NCBI RefSeq assembly: GCF_001194135.2
Contig: NC_068997.1
Location: 50,801,361 to 50,835,865, forward strand
DNA: 34,505 nucleotides
Source: Octopus bimaculoides
Lineage: Eukaryota
Direction: 5' to 3'
Part shown: positions 23,783 to 34,505 of the stretch, one piece after another
Numbering within the stretch: position 1 is the stretch's first letter
How the letters are laid out: every line of letters begins with the position of its first letter
Notes under the pieces: model-generated
What the model saw: the letters and a program-made list of their open reading frames with translations, nothing else
What the model was told of the DNA's origin: nothing
The model's database searches: none
Position numbers and translations under genes: made by a program

Positions 23783-24380
23783 TGTATGTATGTATGTATG
23801 TGTGTGTGTGTCTACGTGTATATATTTATCCAGCCATGTGTATGTATGTATATATGTGTGTGTGTGTGTATGTATATATGTGTGTGTGTGTGTGTATGTA
23901 TGTACTTATCTATCTATCTATTCATCCTACATAAATGACATTTCCCCCTATTATTTAGTGGGCGGATAACAAANNNNNNNNNNNNNNNNNNNNNNNNNNN
24001 NNNNNNNNNNNNNNNNNNNNNNNNNNNNNNNNNNNNNNNNNNNNNNNNNNNNNNNNNNNNNNNNNNNNNNNNNNNNNNNNNNNNNNNNNNNNNNNNNNNN
24101 NNNNNNNNNNNNNNNNNNNNNNNNNNNNNNNNNNNNNNNNNNNNNNNNNNNNNNNNNNNNNNNNNNNNNNNNNNNNNNNNNNNNNNNNNNNNNNNNNNNN
24201 NNNNNNNNNNNNNNNNNNNNNNNNNNNNNNNNNNNNNNNNNNNNNNNNNNNNNNNNNNNNNNNNNNNNNNNNNNNNNNNNNNNNNNNNNNNNNNNNNNNN
24301 NNNNNNNNNNNNNNNNNNNNNNNNNNNNNNNNNNNNNNNNNNNNNNNNNNNNNNNNNNNNNNNNNNNNNNNNNNNNNNAG

Positions 24381-24707
24381 TCGAATCAGATCGACCTCAG
24401 GACTTATTCTTTGTAAGCCTAGTACTTATTCTATCGGTCTCTTTTGCCGAACCGCTATGTTACGGGGGCCTAAACACACCAGCATCGGTTGTCAAGCGAT
24501 GCTAGGGGGACAAACACAGACACACACATATATATATACATATATACGACAGGCTTCTTTCAGTTTCCGTCTACCAAATCCACTCACAAGGCTTTGGTCG
24601 GCCCGAAGCTATAGTAGAAGACACTTGCCCAAAGTGCCACGCAGTGGGACTCAACCCGGAACGATATGGTTGGTAAGCAAGCTTCTTATCACACAGCCAC
24701 TCCTGCG
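24381..24707 (-). mobile_element. SINE family A, near full length and well conserved
   Basis: The reverse complement reads gagtggctgtgtgataagaagcttgc...gggttgagtcccactgcgtggcac...gacggaaactgaaagaagcc...gaccgatagaataagtactaggcttacaaagaataagtcc. Confidence 0.9.
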
Positions 24708-24761
24708 CATGACAAAATTTTATGGAAAGACGTAATTGTAATAAAAGTCCTTTTTATTACG

Positions 24762-24968
24762 AGGCAAAGGGCCTGAAATGTTAGGGGTGGGAGCTAGTCG
24801 ATTACATCGACTCCCCATTGCGTGACTGGTACTTATTTCACCAAAACTGAAGGGATGAAAAAGGCCAAAGTCTACCGCGATGGAATTTGAACTCAGAACG
24901 TAAAGCAGAAGAAATGCTGCGAAGCATTTTTGCCCGACAAGATAACCATTCGGCCAGCACGTCGCCTA
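24762..24968 (-). mobile_element. SINE family B
   Basis: gaatttgaactcagaacgtaaag...aagcattt...ggccagcacgtcgcc is the reverse complement of the B head. Confidence 0.8.
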
Positions 24969-25287
24969 ACACTTAATTGTAATAAAGGCGAGTATCGAAT
25001 CATAGACTTTGGCCTTTCGTAGTTTAGAATACCAATAGCTTGTGTATGTCCTCTCCCTAACATATCTGATCTGTGAGCTGTAAATCTCTTGCAGTGAAGT
25101 GGTTATGTCTCTACGTGCCTTAGTTCACCGACAAGTGCACGGTTACAACCTCGTTATCTTACAATATTTACTTATATAAGCCACGGTATCAGGGTCGGCA
25201 GAATGCTTCACTAATCTGTAATGAAAGCAGAGCTTATATATATCAGCTCTCAAGGCAAATATAACATCTGATATATATATCGTATTA

Positions 25288-25425
25288 TTTTAAAGCCAAA
25301 GCAATGCAAGTTATAAAAAATTCACAATACAGGTCGATGGTTAGTACTATTGAAATTCCGGCCAATAATACTAACATCGGCCTGTATAATACATTTTTTA
25401 TAACCTGCATTATTTTGGCTTAAAA
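25288..25425. repeat. Long imperfect inverted repeat (arms of about 63-65 bp, 10-bp loop)
   Basis: Left arm TTTTAAAGCCAAAGCAATGCAAGTTATAAAAAATTCACAATACAGGTCGATGGTTAGTACTATTG versus reverse complement of right arm TTTTAAGCCAAAATAATGCAGGTTATAAAAAATGTATTATACAGGCCGATGTTAGTATTATTG. Confidence 0.9.
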
Positions 25426-25491
25426 GAAAAAAAAAACATTAAAAAAATTCTATATATCGGAGAATGCCTCGTGAAAAACCATACTACACTG

Positions 25492-25524
<33 letters not shown>

Positions 25525-26145
25525 AACAATCGCTTTAATTGTTTATTTGTGTTTAGTATGTCCATTTGCATTAAAAGTGAATTGTTGTCTTTGTGAATTC
25601 TTATTGAAATATTCTCAAATGAAAAAGTCCGTTTCCTCTTTATTTTATTTCATTTTTTACTATATACCGACAGACAGGCAGACGATGTAACAGGGTAAGA
25701 AAATGTGGTTGGCGACAATTTTGTATTTTAACAACAAACTTGAGTCATCTTGGGTAAACTTTCACGGCATCCGTGTCTTGCGCTGAGTCAAAGTTGCTTT
25801 TGTTTCATGTTAGTTGTTTCAATTTCGTATCCGCCTGTCACCACCATTTTCATGGGGGAAAATACGAACGTTGTTCTGCCTTAAATGGAAGAAGTGTTCT
25901 GGGTGGGAATTACGGAAAAGGTAAAAAAAATATATTATGGCATTATCGAAAATAGATTTTTCAGCAATCCTTCGGTATTGGTAGACGACATCATTCACCC
26001 ACGCAATCTTCCCTCATGACATAACTGAAAAAGGAGGTGAATAACATCGTCTCCTCATACCAACACTCTGGAGACTGATACCGAAAGATTTCCGATTTTT
26101 CTCTCTTTTTGAGACAAATACATACAGCCATATATATATATGTAT

Positions 26146-26286
26146 GTGTGTGGTTAAGAAGCTTGTTTTGCAACCGCGTGGTTTTAGGTTCAGTCCCACT
26201 GCACACCACGTTAAGTAAATGTCTTCTACTATAACCAATATCTAAACGAGTGAATTTGGTAAACGGAAACTGTGTGAAGCCACTTG
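26146..26286 (+). mobile_element. SINE family A head
   Basis: gtgtggttaagaagcttg...ggttcagtcccactg...gtcttctactata...ggaaactg. Confidence 0.75.
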
Positions 26287-26379
26287 TGTGTATATATATA
26301 TGCGTCTTTCCCATAACGTCTTACAGGGCTTAACCTTCCCGACTTTTATGTTACGTTTTCTCATAAAATCGTTTTACTT

Positions 26380-26415
26380 CCGAAGACGGACTAACGCCCA
26401 AAACGTCAGTGACAA
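26380..26415 (+). mobile_element. Possible Penelope-like element terminal motif
   Basis: ccgaagacggactaacgcccaaaacgtcag resembles the ctgaagaagg...ccgaaacgtc motif of PLE ends (recalled, not searched). Confidence 0.35.
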
Positions 26416-26485
26416 TCCGTTCTTTACTGCGTTAAACTAATTATCCTATCATTGTATTGATTTTCCACTAAGCACGCACGCACAC

Positions 26486-26526
<41 letters not shown>

Positions 26527-26528
<2 letters not shown>

Positions 26529-26885
26529 GTGTAGTAAGAAGCTTGCTTTCCAACTACATGGTTCCAGGTTCAGTCCCACTGCGTGGCACCTTGAGCAAGT
26601 GTCTTCTACTTTAGCCTCGGGCCGACCAAAACCTTGTGAGTTGATTTGGTAGACGGAAACTCAAAGATGTGTGTGTGTGTGTGCCTTTGTGTCTGTGTTC
26701 GTCCCTAACCACTGTTTAACAACCGGTTTTGGTGTCTTTATGTCCCCATAACTTAGCGATTCAGTAAAAAAAAGACCGATAGAATAAGTACTAAGCTTTA
26801 AAAAAAAATGTCCTGGGGGTCGATTTGTTCGACTAAAACCCTTCAAGGCAGTGTTCCAGCATGGCCGCCGTCAAATAAAAGAATA
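26527..26885 (+). mobile_element. SINE family A, near full length
   Basis: aagaagcttgctttcc...ggttcagtcccactgcgtggcacc...gaccgatagaataagtact...gcatggccgc. Confidence 0.9.
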
Positions 26886-27312
26886 TATAATTATTATTAT
26901 GGCGAGAAAGACATACACACACACAAACGCATTACACATATCTATGAATATACACGCATATCTACACAATCATACACACACACACACATACATACATACA
27001 TAGGCTTAGAAAAACTATAGGTGAGAAACAGTTTCATGGTTAATTACAACAAACTGTGTGCTGAAGGGTTAAAGTGACTCAAATCGATATGGCTCTAATA
27101 AATAATAGACTTGATACACGGACGGTTAAAGGTACGTACATCGCTGCCTCCAGTATTCAGCCTAAACTAAACAACCTGTCGGTAGTTCAACGAAATTCGG
27201 ATGGAGTGAAAATATCTAAATTTCTTGGAACGTATTAAGCAGAAAAACGGACTGAAAACGAAGGAGACACACTGCTGATTATATTATGAGTGGATAGTTG
27301 GATATGACATAA

Positions 27313-27504
27313 TATCTATCTATCTATCTATCCATCCATCTATTTGCTTTTCTATCTATCTATCTATCTATCCGTCTCTCTATCTATCCATGTCTATCCA
27401 TCTATCTATCCATATCTATCTATCTATGTCTATATCTATCTATCTCTCTCTATCTATCTATGTATGTATCTATCCATCTATTTATCTATCTAGATCTATC
27501 TATC

Positions 27505-27535
<31 letters not shown>

Positions 27536-27597
27536 CTATCTATTTATCTATCTATCTATTTATCTATCTATCTATTTATCTATCTATCTATCTGATA
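27313..27597. repeat. (TATC)n array
   Basis: Direct reading. Confidence 0.95.
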
Positions 27598-28038
27598 TAT
27601 AAATGTGTGCGTGTGAATAGAAATTAAAGAACATTTCATATAACTTCGCAAACAGATCCAGATGAAAAAAAATGTCTTCGGCACCAAAGTCTCGGCCCTA
27701 GAGTCACTGTTGTCGCTTCTCACTTCAGCTCTCACTCCTCCCGTTTGTCTAAACAGTCTCCTGTGCAAATATAATTATTTAACATTCATCTCAATTTGGC
27801 GTGTTGCGCAAATGAGACACATAATGCTGGGTTCATTTAATAATTGGGGATTGCTGCTCTCCCTCCGCCCAACAGGTTGAAAGCCTGGCTATATATGCGT
27901 GTGTGTGTGTGTGTGTATTCTTTTTGTTCTATTTATCTCTGCCCTTCTGTGTGTGTGTGTGTGTGTATAATATAATCTGCAGAAAAGCTACAAATTAATT
28001 GAAGGGACGTTAGTTTTGTGCTTGGCACATAACAAATT

Positions 28039-28097
<59 letters not shown>

Positions 28098-28571
28098 TAA
28101 ATAGATAGTTAGATAGAAAGATAGATACCAAGAGAGGGAAATAGATAGACAGGCAGATCGACAGATAGATAGAGAGAGAGGGAAATAGATAGATAGAGTG
28201 ACAGGCAGATCGACAGATAAATAGAGAGAGAGAAAAATAGATAGATAGATAGATACGATGCCTTAAATGTGTCAACGATCTTTCTCTCTCCCGTATAAAC
28301 ATACACATTGTATGGAGCATAATGCATGAGAAAATATCCGTCCTAGTAGCATAGATACGAAGCAGTAGCGTATATGCGACCGTACACACACACACACAAA
28401 CATGTATGTGTGTGTATTTATGTTTGTGTGAAGAGGAAGAAAAAAACTTGTGATAGCTTCAAATCCCAACTTTACCAACTGACATTTATAGAGGGAGACG
28501 GTGGCGAGGCNNNNNNNNNNNNNNNNNNNNNNNNNNNNNNNNNNNNNNNNNNNNNNNNNNNNNNNNNNNNN

Positions 28572-28620
<49 letters not shown>

Positions 28621-28684
28621 AATTTATATATATAAACAGTTATACACAAATATATATTTATTTATAAATTTATGCACAAACATA

Positions 28685-29455
28685 TACATTTATACACACA
28701 CACACACACATATATATATAAATATATATATATAGATATATACATTTATGTACATACATATATATACATTTATGCACATACATATATATACATTTATACA
28801 TACACATATATACATACATTTATGCACATATTTATATATACATTTATACACAAATATATATATACATTTATACACAAACATATATATACATTTATACACA
28901 AACATATATAAACATACATTTATACACAAATATATAAATATACATTTATACACAAATATATAAACATACATTTATACACAAATATATAAACATACATTTA
29001 TACACAAATATATATATATATCATTTATAAACAAATATATATATTTATACAAAAATATATATTTATACACATATTTATATATACATTTATACACAAACAT
29101 ATATATATATACATTTATACACATATATATACACATTATGCACAAACATATATACATTTATACACAAATATATATATATACATACATTTATACACAAATA
29201 TATATATATATACATTTATACACAAATATATATATATATACATTTATACACAAATATATATATATATACATTTATACACAAATATATATATATATATACA
29301 TTTATACACAAATATATATATACATTTATACACAAATATATATATACATTTATACACAAACATATATATACATTTATACACAAACATATATATACATTTA
29401 TACACAAACATATATATACATTTATACATACATATATACATACATTTATACGCAC
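28685..29455. repeat. Minisatellite with constant core ACATTTATACACAAA and a variable (TA)n linker
   Basis: More than 25 units of about 18-26 bp are visible. Confidence 0.9.
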
Positions 29456-30005
29456 ACACACATATATACACAATCTATATAGGCATATATACACACACAC
29501 ACATCTATCTATACAATCAAATGTATACTTATATATATATAAAATACATATATGCACATCTGTCTATATCTACACACATGTATACACAATACATGCTTCT
29601 CTCTATTTACATACACACACACACATATATATATGTAAATATACAAGCATATATACACAATCACGTACACATATACATATAAACACATACAGATACATTC
29701 AAAACGTGTGTATATGCTCTGCAAATCTGATGAGCTGTTGCCGGCGAAACTTCGAATTTTTTTAATGCTACAATAATAGCAATAAAAAGATACACACACA
29801 CAGAAAATGTAAGTTCTCGTATATATGAATATACATATATATATTACACACACACACGTACATACATTAAGGCAATATACGTTATATGTGTGTATATATA
29901 TATAAATGATTGTGTATAAGCACATATATATATTTCTGTATATAGATGTGTGTATACGACCCACGCACACCCTCTCTCACATATATACCAGTATAAATAT
30001 GAGTT

Positions 30006-30050
<45 letters not shown>

Positions 30051-30232
30051 TATGCGAACTATTATACACATTTGTAATGTTTACACTCCCCCACGTTTTT
30101 TGTACACATGTATGTATGTAAATAAATATATATATACACACACACACATGTAAAACACATGCCTTTGTATACATGCTGTTGAGTCAATCCCTATACACAT
30201 ATATACAGAATCTATAAACACGAACACCTCCT

Positions 30233-30267
<35 letters not shown>

Positions 30268-30899
30268 TCATGCGTATATAAATAGTAACATTTACCTTGT
30301 GACTTGAAAAAATCTGGCTATGGTCAATTTGTTTCATTGTTGCCGCTCGTTTTCGTCCCTTGCCGTTGTATAATAAATTGTAAAAATAAGATCCCGTGGT
30401 TCGAATCCTGCTCGTTCTCAACGTAGTTTAAATAAAATCCCAGCTTCTGTTTTATATTTCAATGCCCTATGTGTGTAACATACGCGTCCATACACGCATG
30501 TATGTATGTAAACACGTTTATAAATATATATATTTGTATAAATATGTGTGTATGTTATTTATGTGTGATTGTAATTTGTTGTAAGAGGAAGAAATGTGTC
30601 TGAAAGACAACCTGAAGCTTCTCTCTGCAGATCGAGAGACAGAAAGGACACAAATGCTTTTAACTTCGTCAACTGTCACTATTAACAACAAATGTATGTA
30701 TCTGTCTTTGTATATATATACATATATATACGACAATCAGTCAGTTTGTTGTGTAGTAAGAGATAATTGTAGCAGTTAGTGACACAGCCACCATCTTCTT
30801 CGTAACACCGGAGAATTTCAAACTGAACTGAGAGAGAGAGACTGAGGACTTTGTAAAACGAAAGAGGGGGGGGGAGGGCAGAATCGTAATCGCATTCGG

Positions 30900-31277
30900 T
30901 AGTACTGCTGCTGTGGCCGCCGCTGCTGCTGCAGCTACTATTGCCTGTTGTAGTAATAATGCTTAGTGGTGGTGGTGGTGGTTGCGGCGGTGATAGTTGT
31001 AAGGTTACGTGCTGCTGATGGTGGCGGCGAAGAGGGAAGTGTTAGTTGATACGCTAAGTGGTGGCGGTGGTGGTTGTTGTGGCAGTGATATTTGTAAAGT
31101 TAAGTGGCGGTGGCGGTGGTGGTAGCGATGTTGGTGTTGGCGGTGACTGCAATGGTGGTAGCGGCAGCGACGATAGCTGTAATGTGGTAGTGGGGGTGGC
31201 GGCGGTGATAGTTGTAATGTTAAGTGCTGCTGATGGTGGCGACGGTGGACGCGTTAGTTGTTAAGCTAAGTGGTGGT

Positions 31278-31309
<32 letters not shown>

Positions 31310-31340
31310 TGGTGGTGGTGACAGTTGTACAGGCAGTGAT
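30900..31340. repeat. Degenerate (GGT/GGC)n array with higher-order duplication
   Basis: A block starting gcggcggtgatagttgtaa occurs at 30984 and 31199. Confidence 0.85.
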
Positions 31341-31419
31341 TAATGTGATAAATACAAGTGGTGACTCTAGGGACACTTGCTATGCTTTCCGTCACTCACA
31401 CACGCACACACACATTGTA

Positions 31420-31915
31420 CCCTTCTTTCATTCTTTCTTTCTTCCTCTCTTTCTTTCTTTTTGAATCTTTTCTCTTTTTATTTTATTTGATTTTGATATT
31501 TGTTGTTTTTGTGTGCATCGCATCACATCTCTTTCTTCCTTTCTTTCTTCTTTTCTTTCTTTCTTTCTTCCTTCCTTCCTTTTTTCTTTCTTTCTTCTTT
31601 CCTTCCTTTCTTTCATTTCTCCTTTCTTTCTTTCTTTCTTTCTGCCTTTCTTCCTTTCTTTCTTCTTTTCTTTCTGCCTTTCTTTCTTTCTTCCTTCCTT
31701 CCTTTCTGCCTTTCTTCTTTCCTTTCTTTCGTTCTGCCTTTCTTTCTTTCTTTCTTCTTTCCTTCCTTTCTTTCTTTCTGCCTTTCTTCCCTTCTTCTTT
31801 CCTTCCTTTCTTTCTTTTTTTCTTTCCTTTCTTTCTTTCTTCCTCCCTTTCTTTCTTTCTTTCTGCCTTTCTTCTTTCCTTCCTTTCTCTCTTTCTTTCT
31901 TTCTTTCTTTCTTTC
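31420..31915. repeat. (CTTT/CCTT)n polypyrimidine tract
   Basis: Direct reading. Confidence 0.95.
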
Positions 31916-31959
31916 TACAACATATCTTTTACCGTTTATCTTTCATGTTTCGCTCATAA

Positions 31960-32145
31960 GACAGCGGCCATGCTGGAGCACAGCCTCGAACGAATCGACC
32001 CCAGCACTTATTTCTTTTTAAGCCTGGTACTTATTCCATCAGATTCTTTTTACCGAACCGCTAAGTTACAGGAACGTAAACATACCAACACCGGTTGTCA
32101 AGCGCTGGTTGGGGGACAGACACAAAGACAGACGCACAAACACAC
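31960..32145 (-). mobile_element. SINE family A tail module, inverted
   Basis: gcggccatgctggagcac...gtacttattc...ccgaaccgctaagttac...ccggttgtcaagcg. Confidence 0.85.
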
Positions 32146-32356
32146 AGGCGTGGCTGTATGGTAAGGAACTTACTTTCCAACCACATGGCTCTGGGTTCAG
32201 TCCCACTGCGTGGCACCTTGGGCAAGTGTCGGCAAGACTTACTTTTGTACCCCCCCCCCCATTCGAGGGGCGGGAAGTCTTTCCCAAGTGTCTTCTACTA
32301 TAGCCTCGGCCCGCCCAAAGCCTTGGGAACAGGTTTAATAGATGGAAGCCCGTCGT
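32146..32356 (+). mobile_element. SINE family A head carrying a nested 54-bp insertion
   Basis: ggcgtggctgtatggtaag...gggttcagtcccactgcgtggcaccttgggCAAGTGTC[insert]CAAGTGTCttctactatagcc. Confidence 0.9.
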
Positions 32357-33625
32357 GTATATATATATATATNNNNNNNNNNNNNNNNNNNNNNNNNNNN
32401 NNNNNNNNNNNNNNNNNNNNNNNNNNNNNNNNNNNNNNNNNNNNNNNNNNNNNNNNNNNNNNNNNNNNNNNNNNNNNNNNNNNNNNNNNNNNNNNNNNNN
32501 NNNNNNNNNNNNNNNNNNNNNNNNNNNNNNNNNNNNNNNNNNNNNNNNNNNNNNNNNNNNNNNNNNNNNNNNNNNNNNNNNNNNNNNNNNNNNNNNNNNN
32601 NNNNNNNNNNNNNNNNNNNNNNNNNNNNNNNNNNNNNNNNNNNNNNNNNNNNNNNNNNNNNNNNNNNNNNNNNNNNNNNNNNNNNNNNNNNNNNNNNNNN
32701 NNNNNNNNNNNNNNNNNNNNNNNNNNNNNNNNNNNNNNNNNNNNNNNNNNNNNNNNNNNNNNNNNNNNNNNNNNNNNNNNNNNNNNNNNNNNNNNNNNNN
32801 NNNNNNNNNNNNNNNNNNNNNNNNNNNNNNNNNNNNNNNNNNNNNNNNNNNNNNNNNNNNNNNNNNNNNNNNNNNNNNNNNNNNNNNNNNNNNNNNNNNN
32901 NNNNNNNNNNNNNNNNNNNNNNNNNNNNNNNNNNNNNNNNNNNNNNNNNNNNNNNNNNNNNNNNNNNNNNNNNNNNNNNNNNNNNNNNNNNNNNNNNNNN
33001 NNNNNNNNNNNNNNNNNNNNNNNNNNNNNNNNNNNNNNNNNNNNNNNNNNNNNNNNNNNNNNNNNNNNNNNNNNNNNNNNNNNNNNNNNNNNNNNNNNNN
33101 NNNNNNNNNNNNNNNNNNNNNNNNNNNNNNNNNNNNNNNNNNNNNNNNNNNNNNNNNNNNNNNNNNNNNNNNNNNNNNNNNNNNNNNNNNNNNNNNNNNN
33201 NNNNNNNNNNNNNNNNNNNNNNNNNNNNNNNNNNNNNNNNNNNNNNNNNNNNNNNNNNNNNNNNNNNNNNNNNNNNNNNNNNNNNNNNNNNNNNNNNNNN
33301 NNNNNNNNNNNNNNNNNNNCTCTAAAAAAACAAAATTGGAAATCGGCCATCACCACTTCCTTTATTTTCAAACAGAAAATGAAACAACTTTAAAAAACAA
33401 TTCTGAAATTCTTTAAAAATATTTTTTATCAATCCTACTTCCTCCTCACAAATCCTAAAATTTTGGCATTTTTTTCGACATTTTCTGAAATCAGTTTTAA
33501 AATACGGACAGTTCGAATCTGCAGCTTGTTTCTTATTCTTTTATCTGTTTCAGTCATGGTCCCTGTATTCAGTTTGATAAGATTAATTACATTAACGTTC
33601 CTATAGAACTTTTGTAAGACAATAC

Positions 33626-33791
33626 CTCCAGCAAAAACGTGAGTAAGGAGGGGATCCCGAGAGCCGAAGGTCTGACAAGGAAGGACAGGTCGTAATGATT
33701 TGTGAGGGATCTCTGAGGCATAAAATATCCATCGTAATGACGATGGTGGTCTCTTGTTGTCCGAGAAAGACAGTCCTTGCTGAACAACAAC
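33626..33791 (-). CDS. Candidate exon (166 nt); two frames open, e.g. LLFSKDCLSRTTRDHHRHYDGYFMPQRSLTNHYDLSFLVRPSALGIPSLLTFLLE
   Basis: Acceptor ccatttgcgcag|G and donor GAG|gtattg; non-repetitive sequence overlapping ORFs 33435-33821 and 33587-33799. Confidence 0.3.
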
Positions 33792-33907
33792 CTGCGCAAA
33801 TGGTTTGTTTATTGTGATCAAACGTACATTAGTTCATTCTCTCCACGAAACAGACGTTGGCTGCACAGGTGCATAGGTGTCCAAGCAATCGCAGTGTGCA
33901 GCGTAAG

Positions 33908-34010
33908 ATGAAGCGATTTGCTCAAACCCACAACGCACCACTCGTTCCACGAATTGAAACGACGATCCCGCGATTGTGAGAGCAACAGCCTAACCGCTAG
34001 GCTATGCGAC
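33908..34010 (-). mobile_element. SINE family C head
   Basis: ttgctcaaacccacaacgcacc...gaattgaaac...cctaaccgctaggc. Confidence 0.65.
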
Positions 34011-34505
34011 CACACAACAAAGGCAACAGAATTAAACTGCTTGAAAATCACAAAAGGAACTGTTTTTGTTGTTTTTTTTTGTTTTGTTTACAGGTATTGC
34101 AAATATATACCTGTATTAAAACCGAACAAGGTTACCGAATTTGACAGGTGAAACAAATGGATTTTAGATTCACAATCTGAGAACAAAGGAAACGAACATA
34201 AAGACTCAGGTTTCGATCCTTGATGACGCAACCCGTCATAAACCTTCACCCCCCTACACACACATTCACACACACATATATAGATACACACACATATATA
34301 TATATATGTATATCTTTACGCTGTAGATGAAATTTGATAGCAAAATAAAGGCAGACAATACGAGTATATTGGGCGACATTTTAAAGTAGTTTAATTGGAA
34401 GATCCTGTCTGTTATTTCAACCATTTAGTCAACCCGAACATGAACAACAATAGCAATACGAAGGGAAACAAACAAAGAAGAAACCACTTATATATATATA
34501 TATAT

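Noticed and set aside
23958-23973. gtgggcggataacaa resembles the lac operator / M13-reverse sequence at a contig edge
   Set aside because: Only a 14/15-nt match with no flanking vector sequence; compatible with chance.
27656-27900. Exon-like island with several open frames (e.g. PDEKKCLRHQSLGPRV...*)
   Set aside because: Competing weak splice sites on both strands and no recognisable peptide; cannot be resolved from sequence alone.
28685-29455. CRISPR-like repeat/spacer appearance
   Set aside because: The spacers are only (TA)n runs, the context is eukaryotic and there are no cas genes.
30390-30415. tRNA gene suggested by GGTTCGAATCC
   Set aside because: No A-box or D-arm and no cloverleaf can be built upstream.
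17518-33416. Long ORFs of 200-460 aa
   Set aside because: Their length comes from N-gaps translated as X.

Overview
Animal genomic DNA from a gapped draft assembly (7 N-gaps, about 3.3 kb). It is very probably octopus or another coleoid cephalopod, which I infer from the extreme microsatellite density and the tRNA-derived SINE repertoire; this was not database-checked. The window is mostly intronic or intergenic: simple repeats, about 25 SINE copies or fragments from at least 4 families, several MITE or transposon-end relics and decayed retroelement ORF1-like pieces. Almost all entries in the ORF track are microsatellite or N-gap artefacts. The best coding signal is a pair of minus-strand exons (4059-3961 and 427-279). 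Spliced together they give ...MFDMAGTGYDGPHLQCVDDND|YFMLET..., which matches the spacing of the cGAS/Mab-21 (cGLR) nucleotidyltransferase active-site motif; this is a hypothesis, not an identification. Other notable items are a 54-bp TIR-bearing insert with an 8-bp target duplication inside a SINE, a 138-bp fold-back hairpin, rearranged or chimeric SINE modules, and several isolated exon-like islands on both strands. No CRISPR array, rRNA or complete tRNA gene was seen. Repeat boundaries are approximate.
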